Source: Macrostomum lignano (lineage: Eukaryota). From it: 64,000 nucleotides of DNA. A program made the position numbers and the translations under genes. Below, piece after piece: positions 46,816 through 64,000 of this stretch. The notes beneath the pieces were generated by a model. It had not been told where the DNA came from and searched no databases. It saw only the letters and a program-made list of their open reading frames with translations. How positions within the stretch are numbered: position 1 is the stretch's first letter; every line of letters starts with the position of its first letter. The stretch spans positions 63,036 through 127,035 of the forward strand of contig NIVC01002986.1 in assembly GCA_002269645.1 (NCBI GenBank), written 5' to 3'.

Positions 46816-47457
46816 GATTTTTTTGCACAGCGCTGAATGCGGCTTCTTCAGTTCGACAATTAACAATTGCGACGAGGAAGACTCTATTGAACTTTTCAGC
46901 CTAATTTTCACGGTTGCTTTAAACGACGTCACTGATGAAAAAGTACAAGCTGGTAATTAAAAGCTAAAGGTAGAATATAAAGAAGCTAGCGACCAGACAC
47001 TGTCGTCATGTTATTACCTAGGAGCTATACCAGACCTAGCTATCGGTGTGCGGTTTGAGTTCATTAGTTATTCACAGCTCACCGCACACTTGACCACCGC
47101 CCGCCTATGCGAGCTATAAGCGACAATCTTCTCCTTAGAGAGATGGGGATCCTGCATCCTGGCTTAGGGCTCTATACTGACTTCCTCTGAGCTGCTCCTC
47201 GGCTGCCAACTTTCTTGAGCTGCGGTGTCCTCGCAGAGGGCTTAGCATTGATCCCCTTGGGCCAATTTCCAGCTGGGAGCAGTGAAGCATCGCTAGCGTC
47301 TCCTGACATCCCGCAGCTATTTGCTTGACGGTAATTAGCTGCTGCTCCCGCTAACAGCTCAGCCATTTGATCCTGAATAATAGTGCGACTCAGCATTACC
47401 CTGCATACTCGGCGGTCGAACAGCATTGGAAGCTATGAAGTTCATAGCTGTCTTCGT

Positions 47458-49800
<2,343 letters not shown>

Positions 49801-50189
49801 TGGAATGGAATGGAATTTCATGTACTAAAATTAAGTACTTTGCACTTCCCCCTATTCCTTACTTTTGAAGTGATCGTGCGTCATTAGATAAGTCACTGCG
49901 ATGCTTACACAACAGGAGCTTGCGTAGTCCCAACTGTGGTCGGCAGCAGGGTGGTGCCGGGAGTGCCAACGTCGCAATTGCTAATATTCGTTGGCAATCC
50001 AACAAGTTGTTTTCCATTCAGATAGGAACCAATGCTGAGCCAGCCGGATATAATCAGGCCGCAAACGGAGCCAACGAGAGCACCCTATGAATTTGTTGTG
50101 AAAAATTGCGCTGTTTAAACTTTGCTATTGAATACTGAAATTTATCAACTCAACATTGCATTTCGTTTGTCATCTGACCATATTAATTG

Positions 50190-50585
50190 CGTCTGGTATC
50201 TTAACCATTGTACTTTAGTCTGGCATCTAAAACTATTGTACTTTAGTCTGGCATCTTAACCATTGTACTTTAGACTGGTATCTTAACCATTGTACTTTAG
50301 TCTGGCATCTAAAACTATTGTACTTTAGTCTGGCATCTAAAACTATTGTACTTTAGTCTGGTATCTTAACCATTGTAATTTAGTCTGGCATCTAAAACTA
50401 TTGTACTTTAGTCTGGCATCTTAACCATTGTACTTTAGTCTGGTATCTAAAACTATTGTACTTTAGTCTGGCATCTTAACCATTGTACTTTAGTCTGGTA
50501 TCTAAAACTATTGTACTATAGTCTGGCATCTTAACCATTGTACTTTAGTCTGGCATCTTAACCATTGTACTTTAGTCTGGTATTT
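50190..50585. repeat. 27/28-bp minisatellite (ttaacc/taaaact)attgtactttagtctggcatc
   Basis: Two interspersed variant units. Confidence 0.93.
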
Positions 50586-50864
50586 TAACCAGTGCACTTA
50601 CATATTTATTAACGAACGGGAACAGAACTCCCATTGAAAACAGTCCAAGCAATGGGGCACCAAACGAACCAGTGAAAGCAAGCGATGCCTGAAGCACCGT
50701 TCCACCGAATCGAGTCGAAATTAGGCCCATTAATACCGCTGAGACTCCATAGCACACGACTGAAACAGATATAATAGCGGAAATATTGGTCGGAAAGCAG
50801 TACGTTGCAGCCAGCTTCCAACAGCAGTCACAGAGACATCTGTAGTTTTCGGCTGTGTCAGCTG

Positions 50865-51845
50865 GCGCCTTTCTGTAGCTAGCGCCTCCCCTCTGTAGCT
50901 AGCGCCTCCCCTCTGTAGCTGGCGCCCCCTCTGCAGCTGGCGCCTTTCTGTAGCTAGCACCTTCCCTCTGCAGCTAGCGCCTCCCCTCTGCAGCTAGCAC
51001 CTCCCCTCTGTAGCTAGCGCCTCCCCTCTGTAGCTGGCACCCCCTCTGCAGCTGGCGCCTTTCTGTAGCTAGCGCCTCCCCTCTGTAGCTAGCGCCTCCC
51101 CTCTGCAGCTAGCGCCTCCCCTCTGTAGCTGGCGCCTCCCCTCTGTAGCTAGCGCCTCCCCTCTGTAGCTAGCGCCTCCCCTCTGTAGCTAGCGCCTTCC
51201 CTCTGTAGCTGGCGCCCCTCTGTAGCTGGCGCCCCCTCTGCAGCTAGCGCCTCCCCTCTGTAGCTAGCGCCTTCCCTCTGTAGCTGGCGCCCCCTCTGCA
51301 GCTAGCGCCTCCCCTCTGTAGCTAGCGCCTTCCCTCTGTAGCTGGCGCCCCCTCTGTAGCTGGCGCCCCCTCTGCAGCTAGCGCCTCCCCTCTGTAGCTA
51401 GCGCCTTCCCTCTGTAGCTGGCGCCCCCTCTGCAGCTAGCGCCTCCCCTCTGTAGCTAGCGCCTTCCCTCTGTAGCTGGCGCCCCCTCTGTAGCTGGCGC
51501 CCCTCTGCAGCTAGCACCTCCCCTCTGCAGCTAGCGCCTCCCCTCTGTAGCTGGCGCCTCCCCTCTGTAGCTGGCGCCCCCTCTGCAGCTAGCGCCTCCC
51601 TTCTGCAGCTAGCGCCTCCCCTCTGTAGCTGGCGCCCCCTCTGTAGCTGGCGCCCCCTCTGCAGCTAGAGCCCCCCCCCTCTGTAGCTAGCGCCTCCCCT
51701 CTGTAGCTGGCGCCTCCCCTCTGCAGCTAGAGCCCCCCCTCTGCAGCTAGAGCCCCCCTCTGCAGCTAGAGCCCCCCCTCTGCAGCTAGCGCCTCCCCTC
51801 TGTAGCTGGCGCCCCCTCTGCAGCTGGCGCCCCCTCTGCAGATGT
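50865..51845. repeat. ~20-bp minisatellite ctgtagct(a/g)gcgcctcccct
   Basis: Tandem units with a (G)GCGCC core. Confidence 0.95.
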
Positions 51846-52571
51846 AGTTTCAGCAAAGAAACTGAAGCTATTTAATTTTTTCCAACCGGGGAAAGAGCCG
51901 AAATTTTAAAGTATTTCGCGTGCATTTTTTGTTTTGCCTGCCTAATTGATGTTCATATTCAATATTCAATTCAATTGGGAAATATTCAAAGTTTTTATTT
52001 TCTGCATCCCTCGTTTTGGTTCCTGATTGAAACCTAAGTTGAAAATTAAAAATTGTTTTAAAAAATTAGACAGCCGTTTTTGGCTTTTTTGCTACGACTA
52101 GCTGAATGAATTGGAGGACAAATCGCTATTCAGTCAGGGAAAGGGATTACAGCCCATAACTCTAGCAGTAAGCACAGCAGTCTCTTACTAAACAGGCGGT
52201 TGATCCACGTAGCTTTAGCCTCGGTAGCGTTCAGGCACCAGTAGGGCTTGAAAAAATCTTCCCATGTTGTGGCAGCCAGCGCGCTCAAGGATGACGATAC
52301 CGAACTGCAACACAATGGCATCAGCAGCATTCAATGCCTAATGTTTAATGGGTGAAACTGAAAGGGAGAAAAAGCATTTAGTTTCAAGAGCTGCTCACAC
52401 AAGAACCCTTCCTTACCTCAGGGCTCCGGCGAATAGCGAAGCGATGAATAGGCCAGGAACCACTGGTATGCTGAGGTTTTCCATCACATAGAATGGAACG
52501 ATCTGTACTGAAAAAACACACGCGATCATGTTAATATGCTAAATACATATATGCTCGTATATATTATGAAG

Positions 52572-52955
52572 TTTATTGTTGCTTTTGTATTAAAGACAGT
52601 GCTGCGTGCACCCTGGCGCACTTTAAGCGACATTGTCACACAACCGGCGAGAGGCATCACTGCCCATTCCGCCGACTCCCCTGAGCAGGCACACAAGCGT
52701 GCGGATACGTACGCAGTCATACGCACAGGCACACACTCACACAGGAGTGCACAGCGGCCCTAACTTTATTTATCGTTAGGCATGTACACTTCACTGTGCC
52801 TTGGGGGTTGGCCCTCAAGCTGGGCGTTAATTGCACGAGCAGAGCCAAGCCGAGATTCCAATTTAGCCGCAAATTAATGCGACTGCACTTGGAATCGAGC
52901 CTGGGTCGCTGGCACATCAGAGCGCCGCGCCAGACCACTGGGCTACGGCCCCCCC
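52572..52955 (-). mobile_element. tRNA-derived SINE family B, copy 2 (SLC5 intron)
   Basis: Collinear with 38156-38521 (gtgcaccctggcgcactttaagcgacat...gaatcgagcctgggtcgctggcac...gggctacggcccc). Confidence 0.8.
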
Positions 52956-53264
52956 GCACATGTACCATGCCTAAAAATCATAAAAAGGCTACAGCCCCCC
53001 CGCACATGTACCATGCCTAAAAATCATAAAAAAGGCTACGGCCCCCCGCACATGTACCATGCCTAAAAATCATAAAAAAGGCTACGGCCCCCCGCACATG
53101 TACCATGCCTAAAAATCATAAAAAAGGCTACGGCCCCCCCGCACATGTACCATGCCTAAAAATCATAAAAAGGCTACAGCCCCCCCGCACATGTACCTTG
53201 CCTAAAAATCATAAAAAAGGCTACGGCCCCCCCCCGCACATGTACCATGCCTAAAAATCATAAG
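52942..53264. repeat. ~46-47-bp minisatellite, 7 copies, containing the SINE 5' end
   Basis: gctacggcccccccgcacatgtaccatgcctaaaaatcataaaaaag units. Confidence 0.93.
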
Positions 53265-54229
53265 AAATAAGACAACTCGACTGATTTCAAGATTCGGGGC
53301 CAAAGCTCACATGTGAACTGCTGTTTAGATTCAACCAGTAGATGTATAAACTTAGAGCCCTGAGTCGATCTTGTGACAATGGTCCGTCTAGTGGTAATAA
53401 AAGTAAGAAAGTGGCCACTAGGGTTGGTCCAAAAATCAACAATTTCTCTAGTTTCATACTGCTACATCTTCATTTCTATTTCTATGTTGTATACTTTTTC
53501 ATCCCATATTTCTGTTGCCACCCAAAGCAGTTGAAGGTTTCAAACAACTGTAAACTTTGCTGAACTTTGCAGCATGCACTTCAGGTGCTGATTTTTCGTT
53601 TTCAGTCTTTACAGCACCAAATTCTTCCCAACGACAAATGGAGCAAGTAATCCTGTACAGTACGTGTGTTCTGTTCGATGCTGTTGTTGGTTCACTATAG
53701 TTGATCTGTGTCTGTAAATTGCTCGACTTGCCCCCTGTGAACACTAAAGCCATGCAGTTATTTTCATAGTAAAAAAGCTAGCATTGTTGGACCTGGTTCG
53801 AATCCTCGATCCAGCCAGCCGCGCTGGGGTCGCAGGCGACGTTAGCGTAATATGCGAAAATGATCAGACCCGCCAGGCACGAGGACACCACGAAGAATAT
53901 GGCGCCGAGAGAGACCAGAACGACTGACCTGTGCACAGGGTTTTAAGTAAGTTTTGTTATATTTTGTACTTAAATCTAGTCTTTTTTTCTCCTATGCATA
54001 AGCTTTACGTAAAGTTTACAAATTTAGCTCAAGGACCACTACTAGCAGTATAATCAAAGATGGTATAACTTTTTTGGGGCCAAAAAGATGAAGATGATAC
54101 GAGAGCACAGATTATTTTTTTCCTATTTCTGCAGTGTATTCTTTGACGTAAATTGGCCTTTAAAAAGTACACGATCTGTGAGTGTAGCGTGCTGGTATAC
54201 TGCTAGTGGTCTATGATTAGCTGAAATTG

Positions 54230-54305
54230 ATGTACAGCGGCCCGGACTTTCTAATCGTCAGGCTGTACACTTCACTGTGACCTGGGGGTGGCTCTCAGAG
54301 CTGTG
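54230..54305 (-). mobile_element. Internal fragment of SINE family B
   Basis: gtacagcggccc...tgtacacttcactgtgacctgggggtggctctca matches the middle of both full copies. Confidence 0.55.
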
Positions 54306-54741
54306 CATCGCACCACAACCAGGGCTAGGGCTAGGTGTCATAGCGCGACAGTCAGAGACGCGTTTACTGCTGGGCTGCTGTGCCCTTCCCGCTACGCCTA
54401 GCCCATGTCTATGGCCCAAATCACAACACAATGAAGAAGTCATAAAATTGGCCACATTTACAATTGAGCCTGCCGCATAGTTTTCACTGAGCAGTACCGC
54501 TGCACGGAGGCTTGAAACACGCCGAATGTGCTGGAGTAGGCGATGCCGTTGCCAACCACAAGACCCCAGACTGTGTGACGAACTCGTGGATCTAAGCTGA
54601 AGCTAAAAAAATGATGAAGAGAGTGCACATACGCTATAGAACAAGCGGCCCGCAAAGCCTCTCTATCCGGCCCTCGAGTCCTTTGAAACTTCACAATAAC
54701 AATGCGGCCTGCTCAGGGATTGCGTCTCTTCTCAGCTCTTG

Positions 54742-55105
54742 CTCCTCTCCTCTCCTCTCCTCTCCTCTGCTCTCCTCTCCTCTCCTCTCCTCTCCTCTCC
54801 TCTTCTCTCCTCTCCTCTTCTCTCCTCTCCTCTCCTCTCCTCTCCTCTCCTCTCCTCTCCTCTCCTCTCCTCTCCTCTTCTCTCCTCTCCTCTTCTCTCC
54901 TCTCCTCTTCTCTCCTCTCCTCTTCTCTCCTCTCCTCTCCTCTCCTCTCCTCTCCTCTCCTCTCCTCTCCTCTCTCCTCTCCTCTCCTCTCCTCTCCTCT
55001 CCTCTCCTCTCCTCTCCAATCATCTCCTCTCTCCTACCCCCTCTCCTCTTATCTCTCCTCTCCTCTCTCCTCTCCTCTCTCCTCTACTCTCCACTCTCCT
55101 CTCCC
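54742..55105. repeat. (CTCCT)n pentanucleotide microsatellite
   Basis: Read directly from the sequence. Confidence 0.97.
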
Positions 55106-56159
55106 CTCACATGCAATACGTAGTAAAAAGTAGCTTTTAAGATTTGACATCGACATACTTACAAAAACGACGTGTATCCCATTCCATACAGTTGCCTATA
55201 TTGCTTTAGTAACCAGAGGGGGGGGGGTCGGCACTGAGGGGACAGGCGGACATGTCCCCCCAGTAAAAGCTTTGGGGTGGACATACCTATGCTTTGCCCT
55301 GCACTGCCCCACCTAGTTACCCTGCCTGCGGCACCAAAATGAGTGCCTGCTGCCTCGCCAAAAACGACACCCCTTTTAGCGACAATTTCATAATTAGTCA
55401 GCGCAACTGAAGGTATAAAAACAACACTATCGATACTCACTTGTCGAACTCGATGCGACCATATTTATACGATATCTGCCACACATTTCCAATGCCACCC
55501 AGGTCAATGAGTCCCTGTAACAGAAATTAATTGTAAACTATGTAATACAAGATCAAGTTCAAGCATTTTGTTTGATTGAAACTTTCCTATAGTAAACTTT
55601 TAACTCACCCGAATAATGATAGCCAAAATTCCTGCCGTCATGACTACCGATTGAAATACATCAGTCCAGATCACAGCCTTGAGCCCGCCCTGATTGAAAC
55701 GGCACAAAGTGAATATTAGAACTTTTTGGAATAGCGGATTTACTAATAGTGATAATGTGCAACACATATTTACACTCTCTGCGGTGGGGGGAGAGGTTGC
55801 CCCTCAGGGCGTGAATCGCATGACAACAAAGAGTCTATTAAATCTTCTTTAAATCTTCTTTAAATCTTCTTTAAACAGTGCAAGATTCGTCTGCGTCAGC
55901 TATTCATAAAAAAATAATAAAAATTAACGATAGCGGTTATGACAGAAGTATGCATGTAGAATTACTCGTGTAGTCACTAACCCAGGCTGTGTAGAAAGTG
56001 CAGATCACACCGCTCACGGCGATTGACGCTTCAACAGGGATGGCACCGTTGGAAACTAAAAGTGTTTAACGGATTGCAAAATTATGAATGTCAATATCCA
56101 TATTTCAATTAAGGTAACAAAAGTATAAGGCTACTACACATAGAAGACAGGGGAATGGC

Positions 56160-56490
56160 CGCCAACGAAGAGACAGGGGCGCCAACCGAGAGACAGGGGC
56201 GCCAACCGAGAGACAGGGGCGCCAACCGAGAGACAGGGGCGCCAACCGAGAGACAGGGGCGCCAACCGAGAGATAGGGGCGCCAACCGAGAGATAGGGGC
56301 GCCAACCGAGAGACAGGGGCGCCAACCGAGAGACAGGGGCGCCAACCGAGAGACAGGGGCGCCAACCGAGAGACAGGGGCGCCAACCGAGAGACAGGGGC
56401 GCCCACCAAGAGCCAGGGGTGCCCACCAAGAGACAGGGGCGCCCTCCAAGAGACAGGGGCGCCCACCAAGAGACAGGGGCGCCCACCAAA
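56160..56490. repeat. 20-bp minisatellite gagacaggggcgccaaccga
   Basis: Tandem units with a GGCGCC core. Confidence 0.95.
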
Positions 56491-57022
56491 GCACCAAATA
56501 GTGGCGCCCCTAATGATTGCTACCCCCTACAATAAATAAAAGTTCCCGTGTACACACCAGTTAAAAAGTTGAAAGGGTGAGATATTAGGACTTCAGTTCT
56601 ATTAAGCTGAGAAATTACCATCAATCCCTACGCTATCAAGCTAATGCATTTTTTCAACGATAAACGACCTACAGTGAAATTTTGCCTAATTTGCAAGTGC
56701 AGCACCTTTATTGACTTAAACAGATGCCTGCATTTCACAATGCGACTTACCATACTGCAAGGCAGTGGCTGGAGCGTACAATGCAATTCCCATGTAGATC
56801 ACCTGTAAGTTTTTGTCCAATCAGATAAATCTATATCAGGTAATAAAGTGTACGTTTAAGATCACAGGCACCTATAAGTTTTAGTAAAAGCCACTATATA
56901 CTCACGTTATTAATTAGAAGCAGGAAATTTCCCATCAGTCGAACAAGACGAGACTTGAATCTCAGCTCGAGATACTGCAATGAAATTACAAAAATTCTTG
57001 ATGAATGCTTGCTAGAAAAACT

Positions 57023-57410
57023 AACGACAGTCCCGTGACGTCAGCTATACTGAAAACTCTTAACGACAGTCCCGTGACGTCAGCTATACTGAAAACTCTT
57101 AACGACAGTCCGTGACGTCAGCTATACTGAAAACTCTTAGCGACAGTCCCGTGACGTCAGCTATACAGAAAACTCTTAGCGACAGTCCGTGACGTCAGCT
57201 ACAGAAAACTCTTAACGACAGTCCCGTGACGTCAGCTACAGAAAACTCTTAACGACAGTCCCGTGACGTCAGCTACAGAAAACTCTTACGACAGTCCCGT
57301 GACGTCAGCTACAGAAAACTCTTTACGACAGTCCCGTGACGTCAGCTACAGAAAACTCTTTACGACAGTCCCGTGACGTCAGCTACAAAAACTCTTTACG
57401 ACAGTCCTGT
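57023..57410. repeat. 37-39-bp minisatellite carrying TGACGTCA in each unit
   Basis: aacgacagtcccgtgacgtcagcta(t)a(c/ca)gaaaactctt; ten intact TGACGTCA copies were counted. Confidence 0.93.
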
Positions 57411-58659
57411 GATGTTATAATTATATATTGTAAGGTCTAACTTTTGTGAACTTTTTGCAGTTTTTGATCTCGTTAATAAATGAATTTTTAGCCATAACTT
57501 CTTGTGGTTGCACCGCAATCGGCAAGGGCTACAGTTTCTCACCTCGAACGAGCTCGTCAGTCGCAGCTGATAAAACACCGGCACGAATATCAGAGCCGCC
57601 AGAACGCAGCCGATCTGCTCGCCAAATATTGACAGCACGTACATTGTGCCGTTGAAGTAGATCTCGGCTGGACCCCCGAGGATTAGTATGGCCGAGTTGA
57701 ACGACACCAACAGTGACAGGGCCACTGGGATCACCTGCTGCTTGCGGCCGCCCATTACGAATTCTTCTTTTTCGTCCGAGCCGGCGCTGCCATCTTCTGC
57801 GTTGCCTGTGTAAATATAAGTAAGTAAGTAGTAGAGTTTACTGACATTTCCGCCCAAGATTGTTTCACGAAAGAGAACTTTTTACTGAGGAGTTTGGTAG
57901 TTGCATGCTGCCAGCAGTCTTCCTACTGTTCTAATAACCATATTATGTAAGACTAAAGCATTAGGACAGTAATCCGAAATACTTAATATTTTAAGAATGT
58001 TCAATAATAAACGGACATTCAATAGTTTCAAAAAGCCCAACTGCTCTATAGTTGTATAGCAACTTTCAAATTCCTTATCTATTCCCAATAACTAGGTCAA
58101 CATTTCCCACGCTTTAACTACTCCTAGTAGGGTAAAAGCTAAAAGTAGGGTAATCTACTTAGCAATCTGCCTTATCACGTTTTAAACTTAATGTCAACTT
58201 AAGCTCATAAAAAGTGGAGTCTGAGTAATTTATATACACAAATGGTACATCATTCTGCTCACAGTGACACCAGGAATGTGGATTAGTAAAAAAGTGACAA
58301 AAATTGGACCTGGGATAGGAGAGAACAAGCAAGGAAATACTTAGGGACTCTACCTTATATGAGCTTAAGTTTACATAATTGTCCCTAATTATCATCTTGC
58401 TTGTAAAAGGGCCTCCCCTTTTAATTAAATACGTCGAAAAATAACGCTAACGGAATAAGTAAACAGAAAGAGAGGAGGTCAAGAGAGAACTAAAGCCTTT
58501 CAAAACGACTTACGTTTGCTTTAATGTTAATCAAATAGTTATTATATAAAACAGAAAATACTAATTAAAAAAATTACTTTACTACTTTTGCTAGTAGTGA
58601 GTTTCGAATACTAAAGACCCAAAAAAAGCTCGAAAAAGTGCATATTAAGAACCATTGAT

Positions 58660-58850
58660 CAAGGAAACAATTGATCGAGAAAACTACCGATTGAGGAAAC
58701 TACCGATTGAGAAAACTACCGATTGAGGAAACTACCGATCGAGGAAACTATCGATCGAAGAAACTAACCGATCGAAGAAACTACCAAGAGAAAAAGCTAC
58801 AGATCAGGAAACTACCGATCGAGGAAACTACCAATCCATAAATTGCATCT
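58660..58850. repeat. Degenerate ~17-18-bp repeat gaggaaactaccgat(c/t)
   Basis: Imperfect tandem units in SLC5 intron 1. Confidence 0.75.
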
Positions 58851-59778
58851 TCGGACTATATATGTACGTACATTTACAATCTACATCACAGCTGCAGTAC
58901 CTTTTCGTCGTCCTATAAAGCTTGCTACAATCCCGACCGCCAGTGAAGCGGCCAGAAAGACGCCCAGAACCACGTAGTCGACAGGTGAAAACTGATTATT
59001 AGTCTGCTGGTGCTTGGTGAAAGCTCCAGCCCCTTGACGAGATCCCGGTAGAGAGCTCCACAGAGCTTGCGGCACCAGGTTTGACTGCCACAATGGATTG
59101 TTCATTTTGTTGAAGAGTTTCCTCGGTCAGACCAATAAACGGTAATCGAATGTTGAAAAAGAAATTTGAGAAAAGTTAAATATTTTATTGAAATGGCTTT
59201 AACTACTTACTTAGGCTTCTCTTATCACTTCTTTATTTCACTTTTTTAACACAAACCGTTCTATAAAGCGTCTACACCATATGCGCAGTTAGTTTAGAGA
59301 TTGATAAAGTACGATACAGATAGCTCGTCAAAAAAAGCTAACGCGTGCAAGGCAAATCAGTGTTTAAAAACTTTCTGAATTTCTGAGGACACACTTTTCT
59401 TTTCTAAAGAAAATGAAAAAGCAATACCTTGCGTTGTTACCTGCACTTTTAACACAGTCGCTGCAGCAGGATATGAACAGACATTTTTTTTCTTCAACTG
59501 TAAACTGTAAAAAATTGAAATCCTTAAGGTTTCTCTGCCGTATAAGAAGAGTGAGTTAAAGTGACGCAAAAGTATATGCCGTAATCTGCAGTCGGTCATT
59601 GCTGAAAAAGGCAAAAACCTCTCCTTAAAGAATTGTGTCTCTTTTATAGAAATTTTATCGGAACCGAGGGTAGCATCCTAGATCTCTAATAGCTACTTTT
59701 GGTTTACCAAGATTTAATAAAAAGTATGTCTAAAAATAGTTTCTTATTCTTGCGCATACAATTCGAATTCGCGGTTGT

Positions 59779-60749
59779 TCAAACAGAAGCAGCCACCATG
59801 CATTCAAAAGTCTTCATTGAGTAGTAGTGGTTCAGCGGATAGCCAATGCCTGGGGAAGAGAACGTAAGTCCGTCGGCCCACAACGGCTCAGACAAGTAAA
59901 AAGCTGCTGGAGGCGTGAAGTACCGACCGTTCGGGTTGAAGCAGTGACAACTGCAGTACCACCAGGCTCCTTGGTAGGTGACTGCGCAGTTACTGGACCA
60001 TGTGTCTTGATCCTTATCCTGTGTGCTGAACATCGCATTGTTCATGTAGGCACCAACGGTATGACTGCAAGTTGCAACATTCGACCGACTGACATCAGGC
60101 TCTCCGACGCTGACTCGGTATCCTTGACTGGCGTCCTGCACGGCGAAGTTAGCGTCCTCCCACCAGTAGCGAGTGCCGTTCCAGTCGCCCGGCTCCCACC
60201 TCACGCGCCTGTCTCCGGCTCGAGTGAGCTGGTGGATCGCTTCCAGACCCATCCAGTAGTTTCTGTCCTCGCCCTGTCCGAACTCAGTCAAGTAGTTTGT
60301 CCAGTTCCGGTAGAAATCTACCGAGCCGTCCACTCGGTGCTGGAAGGTTCGCCAGCAGGTTCGTCCGAGCTCGTCCAGCTGTCTCACCTGTAATATCACG
60401 GTTAGCCAAATGCATAACGATTGCAACAGACATTGGAATAAAAATGGATCGCACGGTGAGCACCTACCAGCAGCAGAGGCAGAGTCGAGTTTCTCGCATT
60501 GCGGCACTTTCTGCATCCGCTCGTTCCAAGCTGGCAGCTGTACAATCGACAAGTGTACCGCTCGCGATCGAACTTAATCGCTTGGTGCTGCGGTCTAGCG
60601 AGAGTCGCGCACTCCAAGTCGCTCCGCACGCCAGCCACCGAGCTGTCAAGCTTGTACTCGCTCAGGTCGTCTCTCTGCACGGTCCAGTTGAGCTGCGACG
60701 AAGCAGTTCTACACAGCAGAGTGATTACTACAAGAAGTTCAGCATTCAT
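59779..60749 (-). CDS. Secreted fibrinogen-related protein (signal peptide + PAN/apple-like segment + FReD), 2 exons, 296 aa
   Basis: Exons 60749-60468 (CTG|gtaggt) and 60387-59779 (ttacag|GTG), phase 0. FReD motifs: QHRVDGSVDFYRNW..Y...FG; YWMGLEAIHQLT; FSTQDKDQD; GAWWY..CH..NPNGRY. The N-terminus MNAELLVVITLLCRTASS is hydrophobic. Confidence 0.9.
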
Positions 60750-61983
60750 CTTCGTTTCGTAGAGCTTCTCAAGTAGTAGGGGCTGACTTTCTGCAGTTGT
60801 CTCGGCTTTGAAAATTTACAGTTAGTTGCAGTTGTTTGCTGGAATCAACTGGATGGTTTCTTTCTCAAATCGCTTTCAGACTGAGAAGCGAGAAAGAGTT
60901 TTTTATTGGCAATTTCTATCTGACTTCGGCTAGAATTTTCCTGTCTAGGGGTTGGAAGAGAAAATTCCATTGTTATTGTAAACTGCTGCCTCCCTGCCGG
61001 GTAGAGAGGTTAGCGCTAGTCACATGATTCTCAAGTTTTGTTGTTAGCAACGCGACACCAATTTTCTTCCCAACTTCCAATTACGCTCGTAATTTTCCCA
61101 CAAAGACTCGCATCCCCAGTAACTGCGGAGAATTTTATGTATTGAGTTAACTGCCTGAGAAGCCTTACATGTGAAAAGTACCTGTTGCCAGGTGTGCCAG
61201 TGGCGTATTTGAGGGCTGAGTCAGGCGATACACTGCTGATACTGTGCAGGGGACGCAAGTTAGAGTACTTCTAATGCTGCTAAGGACTGCTACTCACGGG
61301 ATTAGGATGCATAGTGGCTCATGGTTAGTGCCTTAGAGACAGTGCAAGCATAAATGCTAGCCCATATTCAAACAATGCTGCATATGATTAAAACTTTCTC
61401 GATAAATAAGAAAATCGAAGCAGATTGAACTGTTAGAGTTTTTACCGTAAAAAATACTAGCTTTGTTTGCGTCTATTTTAACTGAAAGCTAAATTGTAGA
61501 TACAGTGGCTTTCCACGCATTATTTGCGTTCTCCAGGATGTTCTTTAGTAACATTTAATAATATCACGTAAAATCTTTATGTCTACGTTTTATCTGATAT
61601 TCAGCATGCCTTTTCGGGAGCTACTTTCATAAATAGCTCAAAATTCATGTTTATTCATCTACATAACTCCCGCAAAAACAAAAATTTTAAAGGTGCAAGA
61701 GCCGCAAATCTATAAAAAGAAGATTTTAAAAAAGATCGCTCTTTCTCGCTATCTACCATCTATTGCCAGGACCTGCACCGGAGCGGTTACGAAAATTAGA
61801 TTTCTCGGTAGTTGCTCGCACTCTTTTGCACTATTTGAGTAGTCTGATTTTCGTTCGGCATGGCTGGTTCCAGCAGGTAGTTCCTCTGGATAAAAGCGCT
61901 TACCGCGCCCATTGGCTTTCCAGCTGCCTTAATCGTTTCCGGTGATCTTGTGTGCGTGCATTCAGCTTGATTGGCTGCGGCTA

Positions 61984-64000
<2,017 letters not shown>

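Noticed and set aside
53790-53805. Pol III B box ggttcgaatcc
   Set aside because: It lies within an SLC5 coding exon (EDSNQ on the minus strand).
59827-60776. Plus-strand ORFs of 188 and 159 aa
   Set aside because: They are antisense shadows of the GC-rich fibrinogen-domain gene.

Overview
Repeat-rich animal genomic DNA with short GC-rich exons in AT-rich introns full of minisatellites. The style resembles a free-living flatworm such as Macrostomum; this is inference only. Most ORFs in the supplied track are artefacts of tandem repeats. Hand-splicing with phase-consistent GT-AG junctions recovers four genes. (1) The 5' part of a minus-strand unc-13/Munc13 gene: 12 exons from ATG 35443 to 643, 899 codons, covering C2A, a long low-complexity linker, the calmodulin-binding helix and the pre-C1 segment; it continues off the left edge. 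An extra in-frame 618-codon exon (9815-7962) sits inside it and looks like an alternative N-terminus. (2) An intronless class A GPCR (44204-45427, +). (3) A complete 15-exon SLC5 sodium:solute symporter (59105-48597, -, 703 aa), with the last two exons of a tandem paralogue at 62960-63515 carrying a 1-nt frameshift. (4) A two-exon secreted PAN-like plus fibrinogen-domain protein (60749-59779, -). Mobile DNA includes an internally deleted mariner with ~180-bp TIRs, two tRNA-derived SINE families and a 28-bp hAT-like mini-element with an 8-bp TSD. There are more than 25 tandem arrays, including a 2.9-kb (GATA)n and one carrying ten perfect CRE palindromes. All homology calls rest on remembered family motifs, not on database searches.
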